Source: Dendrobates tinctorius
Lineage: Eukaryota
Assembly: GCF_039654945.1 (NCBI RefSeq)
Contig: NW_027361982.1
Coordinates: forward strand, 4,960,001-5,024,000
Length of the DNA stretch: 64,000 nucleotides
Direction of reading: 5' to 3'
Both the position numbers and the translations under genes were made by a program. The notes beneath the pieces are model-generated. The model made no database searches. It saw only the letters and a list, made by a program, of their open reading frames with translations, and was not told where the DNA came from. Of this stretch, positions 49,546 through 62,775 are shown piece by piece (within the stretch, counting starts at the first letter, position 1; every line of letters begins with the position of its first letter).

Positions 49546-49932
49546 AAGCAGGAAATTCACAGCACTCTTTTTCGAAAGTTGCAGTTTTTTTTTTAATTTC
49601 AAGTGAAGAAAACAGAGCTGCAAATATCTACAGTGGTGCTGGGAGGTGGGCGACATAGACTTTTGGTGTTTCGATCCTTCCTCTGCCATGACTGTATGTA
49701 TCATAGTATGCACATTGTATTTATCCATATTCCTTGGCACTATGGTTATGTTTTCTCCCTCTCTTCTAGTGACCATTGTGACAAAGACTGAGGAAGAGAC
49801 GAAATGTCAAAAGTCTCTGTCGTTCATCTCCTGGCATCATTGTAGATATTTGCATCTCGGCTTTTTTCACTTAAAATTAATAAAAAATATCTGCAATTTT
49901 GGAAAAATTGTTTGCAGTGAATTTCCTACTCA
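49546..49932. repeat. Foldback with a decayed hammerhead-like core (Penelope-like)
   Basis: Arms 49546-49672 and 49800-49932 are reverse complements. CTGAGGAAGAGACGAAATGTC at ~49788-49808. Confidence 0.6.
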
Positions 49933-50587
49933 TATTTACACTATATGGCAAAAATATTGTAACTTCACCATAACATCAGGGTCTGACCCCACAAATGCTC
50001 CACCTTTTCCCCCTTCAGCCAGAAGAGCATTTGTAGGGTCAGACCCTGATGTTGAGGAAGGCTCACAATCTCCATTATAGGTGTTGGATGGGGCTGAGGT
50101 CCGCACTTTGAGCGGCCGCTCATGTTCTTCCCCTCCATGTCTGTATGGACCTCATGACGAACAGATAAGGGCACAATGCAGTCAGGGGGTAATGTTCTCT
50201 CGGAATCACCAGACCCAGGCTCCTCCATCAGACGCCGGATAGAGAAGTGCAATCCGTCACTGCACAGAACACGTCTCCTCCAGAGTCAGTGGTGGCGGCT
50301 TTACACCACTCCATTCGATGTTCGACATTGTGCTTGGTGATGTACGGCTGCATGCAGCTGCTCGGCCATGAAGCTCTGTTTGCTTTTCTCAATTGCAAAT
50401 TAATGAAGGAATCCTTTAAAAATGATGCATGTGCTGAGTCACTGAGAATCGTTCTAAATGATGTAGACCTGGGATAATAGAAGGAAAGTTCTGCTCCAGC
50501 TGCTATTAAAATCTTCTTTAATGAAAAACCATTAAAACATACAATGGTGAAGACTCTCCATATAACCACACCACGACAGAGATGACA

Positions 50588-50624
50588 GGCTACGCGTTTC
50601 GACCAGACGGTCTTTGTCAAAGCC
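50588..50624 (-). ncRNA. Variant minimal hammerhead-like motif of Penelope type
   Basis: Minus strand GGCT-TTGACAAA-GACC-GTCT-GGTC-GAAACGCGT-AGCC. Stem I, stem II and palindromic ACGCGT stem III are present, but the core is UUGACAA instead of CUGANGA. Confidence 0.55.
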
Positions 50625-52491
50625 AAACATGCCAACCCATCCAGAAATGTTATCTATTTTACATATGTATGTATAATGTACCGTACATACAGTGAAGGAA
50701 ATAATTATTTGATCCCTCTGGCAAACAAGACTTTATACTTGGTGGCAAAACGCTTGTTGGCAAGTACAGCAGTCAGGCGTATTTTGTAGTTGATGACAAG
50801 GATTGCACACATGTCAGGAGGAATTTTGGTCCACTCCTCTTTGCAGATCATCTCTATATCATTCAGATTTTGAGGCTGTTGCTTGGCAACTCATAGCTTC
50901 AACTCCGTCCATAAGTTTTCTATGGGATTAAGGTATGGAGACTGGCTAGGCCACTCCATGACCTTAATGTGCTTCTTTTTGAGCCACTCCTTTGTTGCCT
51001 TGGCTGTATGTTTTGGGTCACTGTCTTGTTAGAAGACCCAGCCATGACCCATTTTAAACCCCTTTCCTACATTAGACGTACTATTCCGTCCATGTGACCT
51101 GGGATCTAAGTCCCAAGGATGGAATAGTGCGTCTAGCGCGATCAGCTGCGCTCACGGGGGGAGCGCGGCTGATTGCGACCGGGTGTCAGCTGATTATCAC
51201 AGCTGACACCCGGCACTATGTGTCAGGGGCGGTCACGGACTGCCCCCGACACGCTAACCCCTGGCACACTGCGATAAAACACGATCTCAGCGTACCGGGG
51301 GTTTAGGGAAGTATCGGGAGGGAGGGGGCTCCCTCCGTGCTTCCCTGAGACCCCCACAGCAGCGCTGCTGTGGGGGTCTCCTTCCCTGCAGGTCCCCGAA
51401 TCCAAAATGACGGCGGGGACCTTCGGGGGCCTGCAGGGAGGTGACTTCCTCATGCCTGCAAAGCGCCGGCATGAGGAAGCCTGCAGTACTGCATGTGACA
51501 GATCGCTGATCTGTCACAGCGATCTGTGATGTAACAGATCAGCGATCTGTCACATGACAGTTATGTCCCCCCTGGGACATTGTAACAAAGTTTAAAAAAA
51601 AGTGTAAAAATAATTTATAAAAAATCGCTAAATAAATAAAAAAAAAAAAAAATTTCCTAATAAATTCATTTTTTGAAAATAATAAAAAAAAAACAATAAA
51701 AGTACACATATTTGTTATCACCGCGTCCGTAACGACCCGCCCTATAAAACTGTCCCACTAGTTAACCCCTTTATTGAACCCCTTAAACAATAAAACGAAG
51801 CAAAAAAATAAAGCTTTATCATCATACCGCCAAACAAAAAGTGCAATAACGCGCAATCAAAAAGACAGATATAAATAACCATGGTACCGCTGAAAACGTC
51901 ATCTTGTCCCGCAAGAAATCGAGCCACCACACAGCATCATCAGCAAAAAATTAAAAAAGTTATAGCTCGCAGAATAAAGCGATGCAAAAATAATTATTTT
52001 TTATATAAAATTGTTTTCATTGCATAAAAGCGCCAAAACATAAAAAAAAACATAAATGAGGTATCGCTGTAACCATACTGACCCGAAGAATAAAACTGCT
52101 TTATCAATTTTACCGCACGCGGAATGGTGTAAACGCACCCCCCAAAAGAAATTCATGAAACGCTGGTTTTTGTTTATTCTGCGTCCCAAAAATCAGAATA
52201 AAAAGCGATCAAAAAATGTCACGTGCCCGAAAATGGTAACAATAAAAATGTCAACTCGTCCGGCAAAAAATAAGATCTCACATGACTCGGTGGGTTAAAG
52301 TGTGGAAAAATGATAGCTCTCAAAATGTGGTGATGCAAAAACTATTTTTACAATAAAAAGCGTCTTTTAGCGTGCGACAGCTGCCAAAAATAAAAACCCG
52401 CCATAAATAGTAAATCAAACCCCCTGTTATCACCCCCTTAGTTAGGGAAAAATAATAAAATAAAAAAAAAGTATTTATTTCCATTTTCCCA

Positions 52492-52590
52492 TTAGGGCTA
52501 GGGTTATGGTTAGGGCTAGGGTTAGGGTTAGGGCTAGGGTTAGGTCTAGGGTTAGGGCTAGGGGTGTGTTGGGGTTAGGGTTGGAGTTAG
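52492..52590 (+). repeat. Telomere-like (TTAGGG/CTAGGG)n inside piggyBac copy A
   Basis: Read directly from the sequence. Confidence 0.9.
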
Positions 52591-52734
52591 AATTGGGGGG
52601 TTTCCACTGTTTTGGCACATCAGGGGCTTTCCAAACGTGACATGGCGTCCGATCTCAATTCCAGCCAAAAAAGGCAAATGGTGCCGCTTCCCTTCCGAGC
52701 TCTGCCAGGCGCCCAAATAGTGGTTTACCCCCAC

Positions 52735-53156
52735 GAAAATAGGGGGGGAAGCCAGCACTGCTTAAGGTTAGAACGCATAAATTGGAGTGCATATGCACAT
52801 AATGTCTAGCTGTATTCAAAAATGAGATATTTAGCAAAAAAATTGATCAATTCAATTGAGCCACCCCGCCGCGCCAAGGCAATCTCATATGGGGGGTCCA
52901 AATCTCAGGTATGGATTGCATTTGATATGGTCTTGCTTTTAAAACATTTAGGAGGCCGCAATGGCACAGTGAATAAATAAAAATGTAGAGTAGGACCCCC
53001 CATATGAGATTGCCTTGGCGTGGCGGGGTGGCTCAATATATTGATCAATATTTTGCTAAATGTCTCATTTTGAATGCAGTAAGATATGTGCATATGCACC
53101 TCATGTTATGCGTTCTGACCACTGGCAGTGCTGGCTCTTCTCTCTTTTTATTGCAA
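52735..53156. mobile_element. Foldback insertion flanked by a 16-bp direct repeat
   Basis: AGTGGTTTACCCCCAC at 52719-52734 and 53157-53172. Internal arms AGCCAGCACTGC.../...GCAGTGCTGGCT. Confidence 0.75.
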
Positions 53157-54210
53157 AGTGGTTTACCCCCACATATGGGGTATCAGCGTACTCAGGACAA
53201 ATTGCACAATAACTTTTGGGGTCCTGTTACTCTTGGGAAAATAACAATTGGGGGTGAAAAGATCATTTTTGTGGAAAAATATGATTTTTTAATTGTACGG
53301 CTGTACGTTATAAACTTCTGTGAAGCCCTTGGGGGTTCAAAGTGCTTACCACATATCTAGATAAGTTCCTTGGGGGGTCTAGTTTCCAAAATGGGGTCAC
53401 TTGTGAGGGGTTTCCACTATTTAGGCACATCAGGAGCTCTCCAAACTTGACATGGCATCCGATCTGAATTCCAGCCAATTTTGCAGTGAAAAAGTCAAAC
53501 GGTGCTCCTTCCCTTCTGAGCTCTGCCATGCGCTCAAACAGTGGTTCCCCCCCACATATCAGGTATCGGCGTACTCAGGACAAATTGCACAATAACTTTT
53601 GCAGTCCAATTTCTCCTGTTACCCTTGGTAAAATAAAAAAATTGAACCTGAAGTAATTTTTTTTGTGAAAAAAGTTAAATGTTCATTTTTTTTTAAACAT
53701 TAAAAAAATTCCTGTGAAGCACCTGAAGGGTTAATAAACTTTTTGAATGTGGTTTTGAGCACCTTGAGGGGTGGAGTTTTTAGAATGGTGTCACTTTTGG
53801 GTATTTTATATCTTATAAACCCCTCAAAGTGACTTCAAATGTGATGTGGTCCCTAAAAATAAAATAGTGTTGTAAAAATGAGAAATCGCTGGTCAACTTT
53901 TAACCCTTATAACTTCCAAATAAAAGAAAAATTGTTTCCAAAATTGTGCTGATGTACAGTAAAGTAGACATGTGGGAAATGTTATTTATTAACTATTTTG
54001 TGTCACATAACTCTCTGGTTTAAGGGCATAAAAATTAAAAGTTTGAAAATTGCAAAATTTTCAGAATTTTCACAATATTTCCGTTTTTTTCATAAATAAA
54101 CGCAAGTTATAGCGAAGAAATGTTACCACTAAAGTGAAGTTAAATATGTCACGAGAAAACATTCTCAAAATCGCCTAGATCCGTTGAAGCGTTCCTGAGT
54201 TATTATCTCA

Positions 54211-54489
<279 letters not shown>

Positions 54490-55308
54490 TCAGTTAATGC
54501 CAGAGAGCTCAATTTTTGTCTCATCTGACCACAGCAACTTCTCCCAATCACTCACAGAAACATCCAGGTGTTCATTGGAAAAGTTCAGATGGGCCTCCAC
54601 ATGTGCATTTTTGAGCAGGGGGACCTTGCGGGCACTGCAGGATTTCAAACCTTTACAGCATAATGTGTTAGCAATGGTTTTCTTGGTGACTGTGGTCCCA
54701 GCTGCCTTGAGATCATTAACCAGTTTCCCCCGTGTAGTTTTAGGCTGATCTCTCACCTTCCTCATGATCAAGGATACCCCACGAGGTGAGATTTTGCATG
54801 GTGCCCCAGATCGATGTTGATTGATAGTCATTTTGTATTTCTTCCATTTTCTTACTATTGCACCAACAGTTGTCTCCTTCTCACCCATCACCTTACGTAT
54901 GTTTTTGTAGCCCATTCCAGCTGTGTGCAGGTCTATGATCTTGTCCCTGACATCCTTATAAAGCTCTTTGCCCATGTTGTAGAGGTTAGAGTCTGACTGA
55001 TTAATTGAGTCTGTGGACAGGAGTCTTTTATATAGGTGACTATATAAGACAGCTGTCTTTAATGCAGGTAACAAGCTGATTAGGAGCGTCTAACTGGTCT
55101 GTAGGGGCCAGAACTCTTAACGGTTGGTAGGGGATCGAATACTTATTTTTACTGCAAAATGCAAATAAATTTATGTAATTTATACGATGTGATTTTCTGG
55201 ATTTTATTTTTGATATTCTATCTCTCAATTTTAAAATGAACCTACCCTTAAAGTTATAGACTGTCATTGTCAGTGGGCAAACTTACAAAATCAGCAAGTG
55301 TCCAAATA

Positions 55309-57264
55309 CAGGTGCATCTCACAAAATAAGATTATCATCAAAAAGTTAATTAATTTCAGTTATTCAATACAAAAAGTGAAACTCATATATTATATAGAGT
55401 CATTACATAGAGAATCTATGTGGTATTGTCAAGAGGAAGATGAGAGACACCAGGTCCAATAACGCAGATGAGCTGAAGGCTGCTATCAAAGCAACCTGGG
55501 CTTTCATAACACTTTAGCAGTGCCACAGACTGATCGACACCATGCCACGCAAAATGATGTAGTAATTGATTTCAAAGTGGCCCCGACCAAGAATTGACTG
55601 CATTTACTGAACATACATTTCAGTAGGCCAACATTTTGGATTTTAAAATATTTTTTTTCAAGCTGGTGTTATAGAGTATTCTAAATTACTGAGATAATGA
55701 CTTTTGGGTTTTCATTGGCTGTAAGCCATAATCATCAACAAACAGAAATAAACACGTGAAATAGATCACTCTGTTTGGGATTAAGGTCAGGCGCGTTTGC
55801 TGGTCAATCAAGCACAGTGATACTGTTGCTTGTAAACCAGGTGTTGGTACTTTTGGCAGTGTGGACCGGTGCCAAATCCTGCTGGAGAATGAAATTCCCA
55901 ACTCCAAAAAGCTTGTCAGCAGAGGGAAGCATGAAGTGCTCTAAAATTTCCTGGTAGACGGCTGCGCTGACTTTGGTCTTGATAAAGCACAGTGGACCTA
56001 TTTCAGCAGATGACATGGCTCCCCAAACTATTATTATTATTATTTATTATTATAGTGACATTTATTCCAAGGTGCTTTACATGTCACAACTGGTACAGGA
56101 GGAGAGAGAACCCTGCCCGCAAGGGCTCACAATCTACAAGGGATGGGTGAGGATACAGTAGGTGAGGGTAAAGCTGGTCATGCAGTGGTTTGTTACTGGA
56201 GGTTGTAGGCTTGTCAGAAGAGGTAGGTCTTCAGGTTCTTTTTGAAGGTTTCCATGGTAGGCGAGAGTCTAATATGTTGTGGTAGAGAGTTCCAGAGTAG
56301 GGGTGATGCCCGGGAGAAATCTTGTATGCGATTGTGGGAAAAGGAGAGAAGAGGGGAGTATAGAAGGAGATCTTGTGAGGATCAGAGGTTGCATGCAGGT
56401 AAGTACCGAGAGACGAGGTCAAATCATCACTGATTGTGGAAACACTAGACCTTAAGCAGCTTAGATTGTCTGTCTCTCCACTCTTCCTCCAGACTCTGGG
56501 ACCTTGTTTTCCAAGGTCTAGTGTGAAGTTTCCACAATCAATGATGGTTTCAGGGGTCAAGTCATCTGCTGGTGTAGGTCCACTGTGTTTTATCAAGACC
56601 AAAGTCAGTGCAGCCGTCTACCACTAAATTTTAGAGCACTTCATGCTTCCCTCTTCCGAAAAGCTTATTGGAGATGGAAATGTCATTCTCCAGTAGGACT
56701 TGTCACATGTCCACACTGCCAAAAGTACCTATACCAGGTTTAAAAACAACAGTATCACTGTGCTTGATTGGTCAGCAAACTCACCTGACCTTAACCACAT
56801 AGAGAATCTATGGGGTATTGTCAAGAGCAAGATGAGAGACACCAGACCCAACAATGCAGACGAGCTGAAGGCTGCTATCAAAGCAACCTGAGCCTCCATA
56901 ACACCTCAGCAGTGTCACAGGCTGATCGCCACCATGCCATGCGGCACTGATGCAGTAATTGATGCCAAAGGAGCCCCGACCAATCAATTAGTGCATTTAC
57001 TGAACATACATTTCAGTAGGCCAACATGTTGGATTTTAAAATCATTTTTTCAAGCTGGTGTTATAGAGTATTCTAATTTACTGAGATAATGAGTTTTGGG
57101 TTTTCATTGGCTGTAAGCCATAATCATCAACAGTAACAGATATAAACACGTGAAATAGATCACTCTGTTTGTAATGACTCTAATATATGAGTTTCACTTT
57201 TTGTTTTGAAGACCTGAAATAAATTAACTTATTGAGGATATTCTAATTTAGTGAGATGCACCTG
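55309..57264 (+). mobile_element. Internally rearranged Tc1 (same family as 46120-47838) with an L2 insert at 56028-56420
   Basis: Termini CAGGTGCATCTCAC / GTGAGATGCACCTG with TA TSD. Duplicated 3' end at 55410-55775 and inverted transposase segment at 55775-56030. Confidence 0.85.
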
Positions 57265-57324
57265 TAAATATTTCCTTCCCTGTACCAATAATGTCTGTGT
57301 TTAAATATACATTGGATCCATTAA

Positions 57325-60300
57325 CCCCTTCACTACCAAGGGTGGTTTGCACGTTAACTACCAGGCCAATTTTTACAATTCTGACCACTGTACCTTTATG
57401 AGGTCATAACTCTGGAACGCTTTCATGGATCCCGGTGATTCTGACATTGTTTTCTCGTGACATATTGTACTTCATGTTAGTGGTAAAATTGCATTCAAAT
57501 AACTTGCATTTATTTGTGAAAAAAACGGAAATTTGGCGAAAATTTTGAAAATTTCGCAATTTTCCAACTTTGAATTTTTATGCCCTTAAATCACAGCGAT
57601 ACGGCACACAAAAAACTTAATACATAACATTTCCCACATGTTTACTTTACATCAGCACAGTTTTGGAACCAAAATTTTTTTTTGTTAGGAAGTTATAAGG
57701 GTTAAAAATTGACCAGCGATTTCTCATTTTTGCAACACCATTTTATTTTTAGGGGCCACTTCACATTTGAAGCCACTTTGAGGGGTCTATATGATAGAAA
57801 ATACCCAAAAGTGACACCATTCTAAAAACTGCACCCCTTAAGGTGCTTAAAACCACATTCAAGAAGTTTATTAACCCTTTAGGTGCGTCACAGGAATTTT
57901 TTGAATATTAAAAAAAAAATGAACAGCTAACTTTTTTTCACAAAAAAAATACTTCAGGTTCAATTTTCTTTATTTTACCAAGGGTAACAGGAGAAATTGG
58001 ACTGCAAGACTTATTGTGCAATTTGTCCTGAGTACGCTGATACCTGATATGTGGGGGGGAACCACTGCTTCGGCGCATGGCAGAGCTCAGAATGGAAGGA
58101 GCGCCGTTTGACTTTTTCAATGCAAAATTGGCTGGAATTCAGATCGGACGCCATGTCACGTTTGGCGAGCCCCTGATGTACCTAAACAGTGGAAACCCCC
58201 CCAAGTGACCCCATTTTGGAAACTAGACCCCCCAAGGAACTTATCTAGATATGTGGTGAGAACTTTGAACCCACAAGGGCTTCACAGAAGTTTATAACGT
58301 ACAGCAGTACAATTAAAAAATCATATTTTTTCCACAAAAATGATCTTTTCACCCTCAATTCTTATTTTTCCAAAAGTAACAGGACCCTAAAAGATATTGT
58401 GCAATTTATCCTGAGTACGCTGATACCCCACATGTGGGGGTAAACCACTATTTGGGCGTATGGCAGAGCTCGGAAGGGAAGCAGCGCCATTTGACGTTTT
58501 TGGCTGGAATTGAGATCGGACACCATGTCGCGTTAGGAAAGCCCCTGATGTACCAAAATAGTAGAAACCCCCCACAAATGACACCATTTTGGAAACTAGA
58601 CCCCCCAAGGAACTTATCTAGATGTGTGGTGAGCACTTTGAACCCCCCAGTGCTTCACTGAAGTTTATAACGTCCGGGCGTGAAAATAGAAAAATCGTAT
58701 TTTTTCCACAAACATGATCTTTTAGTCCCCATTTTTTTATTTTCCCAAGGGTAACAGGAGAAATTGGACCCCAAAAGTTGTTGTCCAATTTGTCCTGAGT
58801 ACGCTGATACCTCATATGTGGGAGAAAACTACTGTATGGGCACACGTCGGGGCTCGGAAGGGAAGTAGTGACGTTTTGGAATGCAGACTTTGATGGAATG
58901 GTCTGCGGGTGTCATGTTGCGTTTGGAGAGCCCCTGATGTACCTAAACAGTGGAAACCCCCCACAAGTGACCCCATTTTGGAAACTAGACCCCCTAATGA
59001 ACTTATCTAGATGTGTGGTGAGCACTTTGAACCCCCCAGTGCTTCACAGAAGTTTATAACGACCGGGCGTGAAAATAAAAATATCGTATTTTTTCAACAA
59101 ACATCATCTTTTAGTCACCATTTTTTTATTTTCCCAAGGGTAACAGGAGAAATTGGACCCCAAAAGTTGTTGTCCAATTTGTCCTGAGTACGCTGATACC
59201 TCATATGTGGGAGAAAACTACTGTATGGGCACACGTCGGGGCTCGGAAGGGAAGTAGTGACGTTTTGGAATGCAGACTTTGATGGATTGGTATGCGGGTG
59301 TCATATGCGTTTGGAGAGCCCCTGATGTACCTAAACTATTGAAACTCCCCACAAGTGACCCCATTTTGGAAACTAGACCCCCCACGGAGCTTATCTAGAT
59401 GTGTGGAGAGCACTTTGAACCCCCAAGTGCTTCACAGAAGTTTATAACGCCTGGGCGTGAAAATAAAGAAAACATTTTTTTCTGCAAAATTATATTTTTG
59501 CCCCCAATTTTTTATTTTCCTAAGGGTAACAGGAGAAATTGGACCCCAAAAGTTGTTTTGTAATTTGTCCTGAGTAGGCTGATACCCTACATGTGGGGGT
59601 AAAACACTGTTTGGGCACATGGCAGAGCTTGGAAGGGAAGGAGCACCATTTGACTTTTTCAACGCAGAATTGGCTGGAATTGAGATCAGACGCCATGTTG
59701 CCTTTGGAGAGCACCTGATGTGCCCAAACAGTGGAAACCCCCAATTATAACTCCAACCCGAACCTCAACACACCCCTAACCCTAATCTGAGCCCTAGCCC
59801 TAACCCTAGCCCTAACCCTAGCCCTAACCCTAGCCCTAACCCTAACCCTAACCCTAGCGGGAAAATGGAAATAAATACATTTTCTTTTAGTTTTATTATT
59901 TTTCCCTAACTAAGGGGGTGATAACGGGGGGTTTGATTTACGATTTATGGCGGTTTTTATGTTTGGCGGCTGTCGCACGCTAAAAGACGCTTTTTATTGT
60001 AAAAATAGTTTTTGCATCACCACATATTGTGAGCTATAATTTTTCCGTATTTTGACCCACCGAGTCATGTGAGGTCTTATTTTTTGCGGGACGAGTTGAC
60101 GTTTTTATTGGTACCATTTTCGGGCACGTGACATTTTTTAATCGCTTTTTATTCCGATTTTTGGGACGCAGAATGAACAAAAACCAGCGTTTCATGAATT
60201 TCTTTTGGGGGGTGCGTTTACACCGTTCCGCGTGCGGTAAAATTGATAACGCGTTTTTATTCTTCGGGTCAGTACGGTTACAGCGATACCTCATTTAGGT

Positions 60301-61317
60301 CTTTTTTTATGTTTTGTCGGTTTTTTGCAATGAAAACTATTTTATATAAAAAATAATTATTTTTGTATCGCTTTATTCTGCGAGCTATAACTTTTTTATT
60401 TTTTTGCGGATGATGCTGTATGGTGGATCGTTTTTTGCGGGACAAGATGATGTTTTCAGCGGTACCATGCATATTTATATGCGTCTTTTTGATCGCGCGT
60501 TATTGCACTTTTTGTTCGGTGGTATGATAATAAATCATTATTTTTTGCTTCGTTTTTTATTTTTATTTTTTAAGGGGTTCGCTAAAGGGGTTAACTAATG
60601 GGACAGTTTTATAGGGCAGGTCATTACGGACGCGGCGATACCAAATATGTGTACTTTTATTGTTTTTGTTTTTTTTTATTTTGAAAAAATGGATTTATTG
60701 GGGAATATTTTTTTTTTTTTTACTGATTTATTTAGCGATTTTTTTTTTAATTATTTTTAACACTTTTTTTTTTTTTTTTTTACTTTATTACCTTGTCCCA
60801 GGTGGGACATCACTGTCCTGTGACAGATCGCTGATCTGTCACATCACAGATCACTGTGACAGATCAGCGATCTGTCACAGGCACTGCTGCAGACTTCCTC
60901 ATGCCTGCGCTTTGCAGGCAGTGAGGAAGTCAGCTCCCTGCAGGCCCCCGTCGCCATCTTGGATCCGGGGGCCTGTAGGGAAAGAGCCCCCCGCAGCAGC
61001 GCTGCACATTGCGCTGCCGTGGGGGGCTCAGGGAAGCACGGAGGGAGCCCCCTCCCTGCCGATGCTTCCCTTTAACCCCCGGTACACCGCGATCGCGTTT
61101 GATCGCGGTGTGCAAGGGGTTAACGTGTCGGGGGCGGTCCATGACCGCCCCTGACACATTGTGCCGGGTGTCAGCTATGATAATTAGCTGACACTCGGCC
61201 GCGATCAGCGGCGCTCACCACGTGGGCGCCGCTGATCGCGATGACGTAATATTCCGTCCATGGTAATTAGGTCCATGGTCACATGGACGGAATATTACGT
61301 CAATTGTAGGTAAGGGG
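57325..61317 (-). mobile_element. Non-autonomous piggyBac-type element, copy B, inverted relative to copy A
   Basis: TTAA TSD on both sides, CCCCTT / AAGGGG termini. Reverse-complement homology to 51059-54284. ~370-390-bp tandem units (AAACTAGACCCCC at 58221, 58593, 58982, 59370). Confidence 0.9.
59749..59857 (+). repeat. Telomere-like (CCCTAA/CCCTAG)n inside piggyBac copy B
   Basis: Read directly from the sequence. Confidence 0.9.
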
Positions 61318-61449
61318 TTAAAGAAAAAAGAAGAAAAAACTTTTTAAAAAAAATAAAATGCTTGAGTTTCAAGAGATAATTTGACTTGGTTTCTGGAAGA
61401 AAAAAAACATGGAAAAACAGATGAAAACTTATGACAATATATTTGCATG

Positions 61450-62775
61450 TGGGTTGCCCTCCCAGGGCTGCGGGGTTACTCGGTACCAGGCCGGTCTCAG
61501 CGAGTGGTGTGTCACAGCAGCGGTGACCCAGTCCGTGGCCCTGGGCGCCCAAGTAATGGCAGGATAATGCTTATGGTGGAATGTAGTTAACGGAATAGTT
61601 CGTGACGCCACCTGTGGTGTTCGGTAAGTGGGATGTTAGGCCGACGCTGCAGACAGATCCTCTGGGACAGATGGTGTGGTGCAGCAGGGATGTTATAGCC
61701 CTCCACAGGCAGGGCTGTTGTCCCAGGGCAGAATAGGTGAAGTGACACTTGGATGGTGTAGTGTCCAGTGCAGGGGATGCAGCAGTGTCAGGGCCAGGCT
61801 GGCGGACGCAGGAAGGAATGGAGGACACCAGGGCATGTAGTTCCAAAGCTTTACTCACAGTCTGTAGTGCCCGCTTCTGTGCCGTGTCCTCCGGGTCAGG
61901 GACTCAGTCAACCTCCAGGCAAGATGGAATGCTCCCTTCCAACACTCCGCCAACTTATGTACCTTTTCTGAACGTCTCCTCTGTAGTGCCTTTAAGTGTG
62001 AAGACCTCCTAGTACTGAGTTACACTGGAGTTCCTCCTATCAGATGTTCCCAAGAACTCTACTCGTACGGCAGACAGCTGTAGCCTGCTTCGGGGACTCC
62101 CTTCTACTGAGTCCCAGCTCTCTATCCGTGTTGCTGTTGTGCCCCCAAGTCTTAGATGGGAGTAGTGCATTTACAGCCCACTACTCCACCGGTGTCTGCT
62201 GCAGAACCATTAGTGTCCATACAACCTCGGGGACCGGGCCCCGTCCTTGCGCTTAGAACTTCTAGGCAGGGTTCTCTCCTAACCCACGTCCTCTGTGTTC
62301 CCTTTTCTCCTACGTTCCGTACTTGTCTTTCTCTCTTATGGAAGCTCAGGCTTCAGTTCAACGTCTTTCTCTTTCTTTCCTTTCCCGTGCCAGCAGACCC
62401 GGGTCACTCAGGCCTGCTGCAGCACTCCTTCTTCCATCCCTCTTCCAGGGATCCCCACTCCTCGCCGAGTGGCTTCCTCTCTCTGACTCTCCTACTGACT
62501 GACTGACCTGTAATCCTAAACCTTCCCACTCTTTTATGTATTCTCAACTCCACCCACCTCCCAGCGCGTTTAGTGTTCCGAGCAGGGAACCACCAAAGGT
62601 GCTCTGCTTCTCTCTAAGCAAGGAGCTGCAATGTGGTTTTGCTGAACTACTCTATTGTGTGGGGTGCGAGTGTTGGAGTGTGGTCAGGAGTTCCCACCTT
62701 ACCTGGATGGTGGGGCACCACACCTTAGGAGAAGGTGCAGTACCTCTGTGGCAACTGAGCCTCAGGGGCGCCACA
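61450..62775. mobile_element. Solo LTR (Gypsy-like), 1326 bp
   Basis: TG...CA termini with imperfect inverted ends TGGGTTGCCC / GGGCGCCACA and 4-bp TSD CATG (61446-61449, 62776-62779). Confidence 0.75.
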
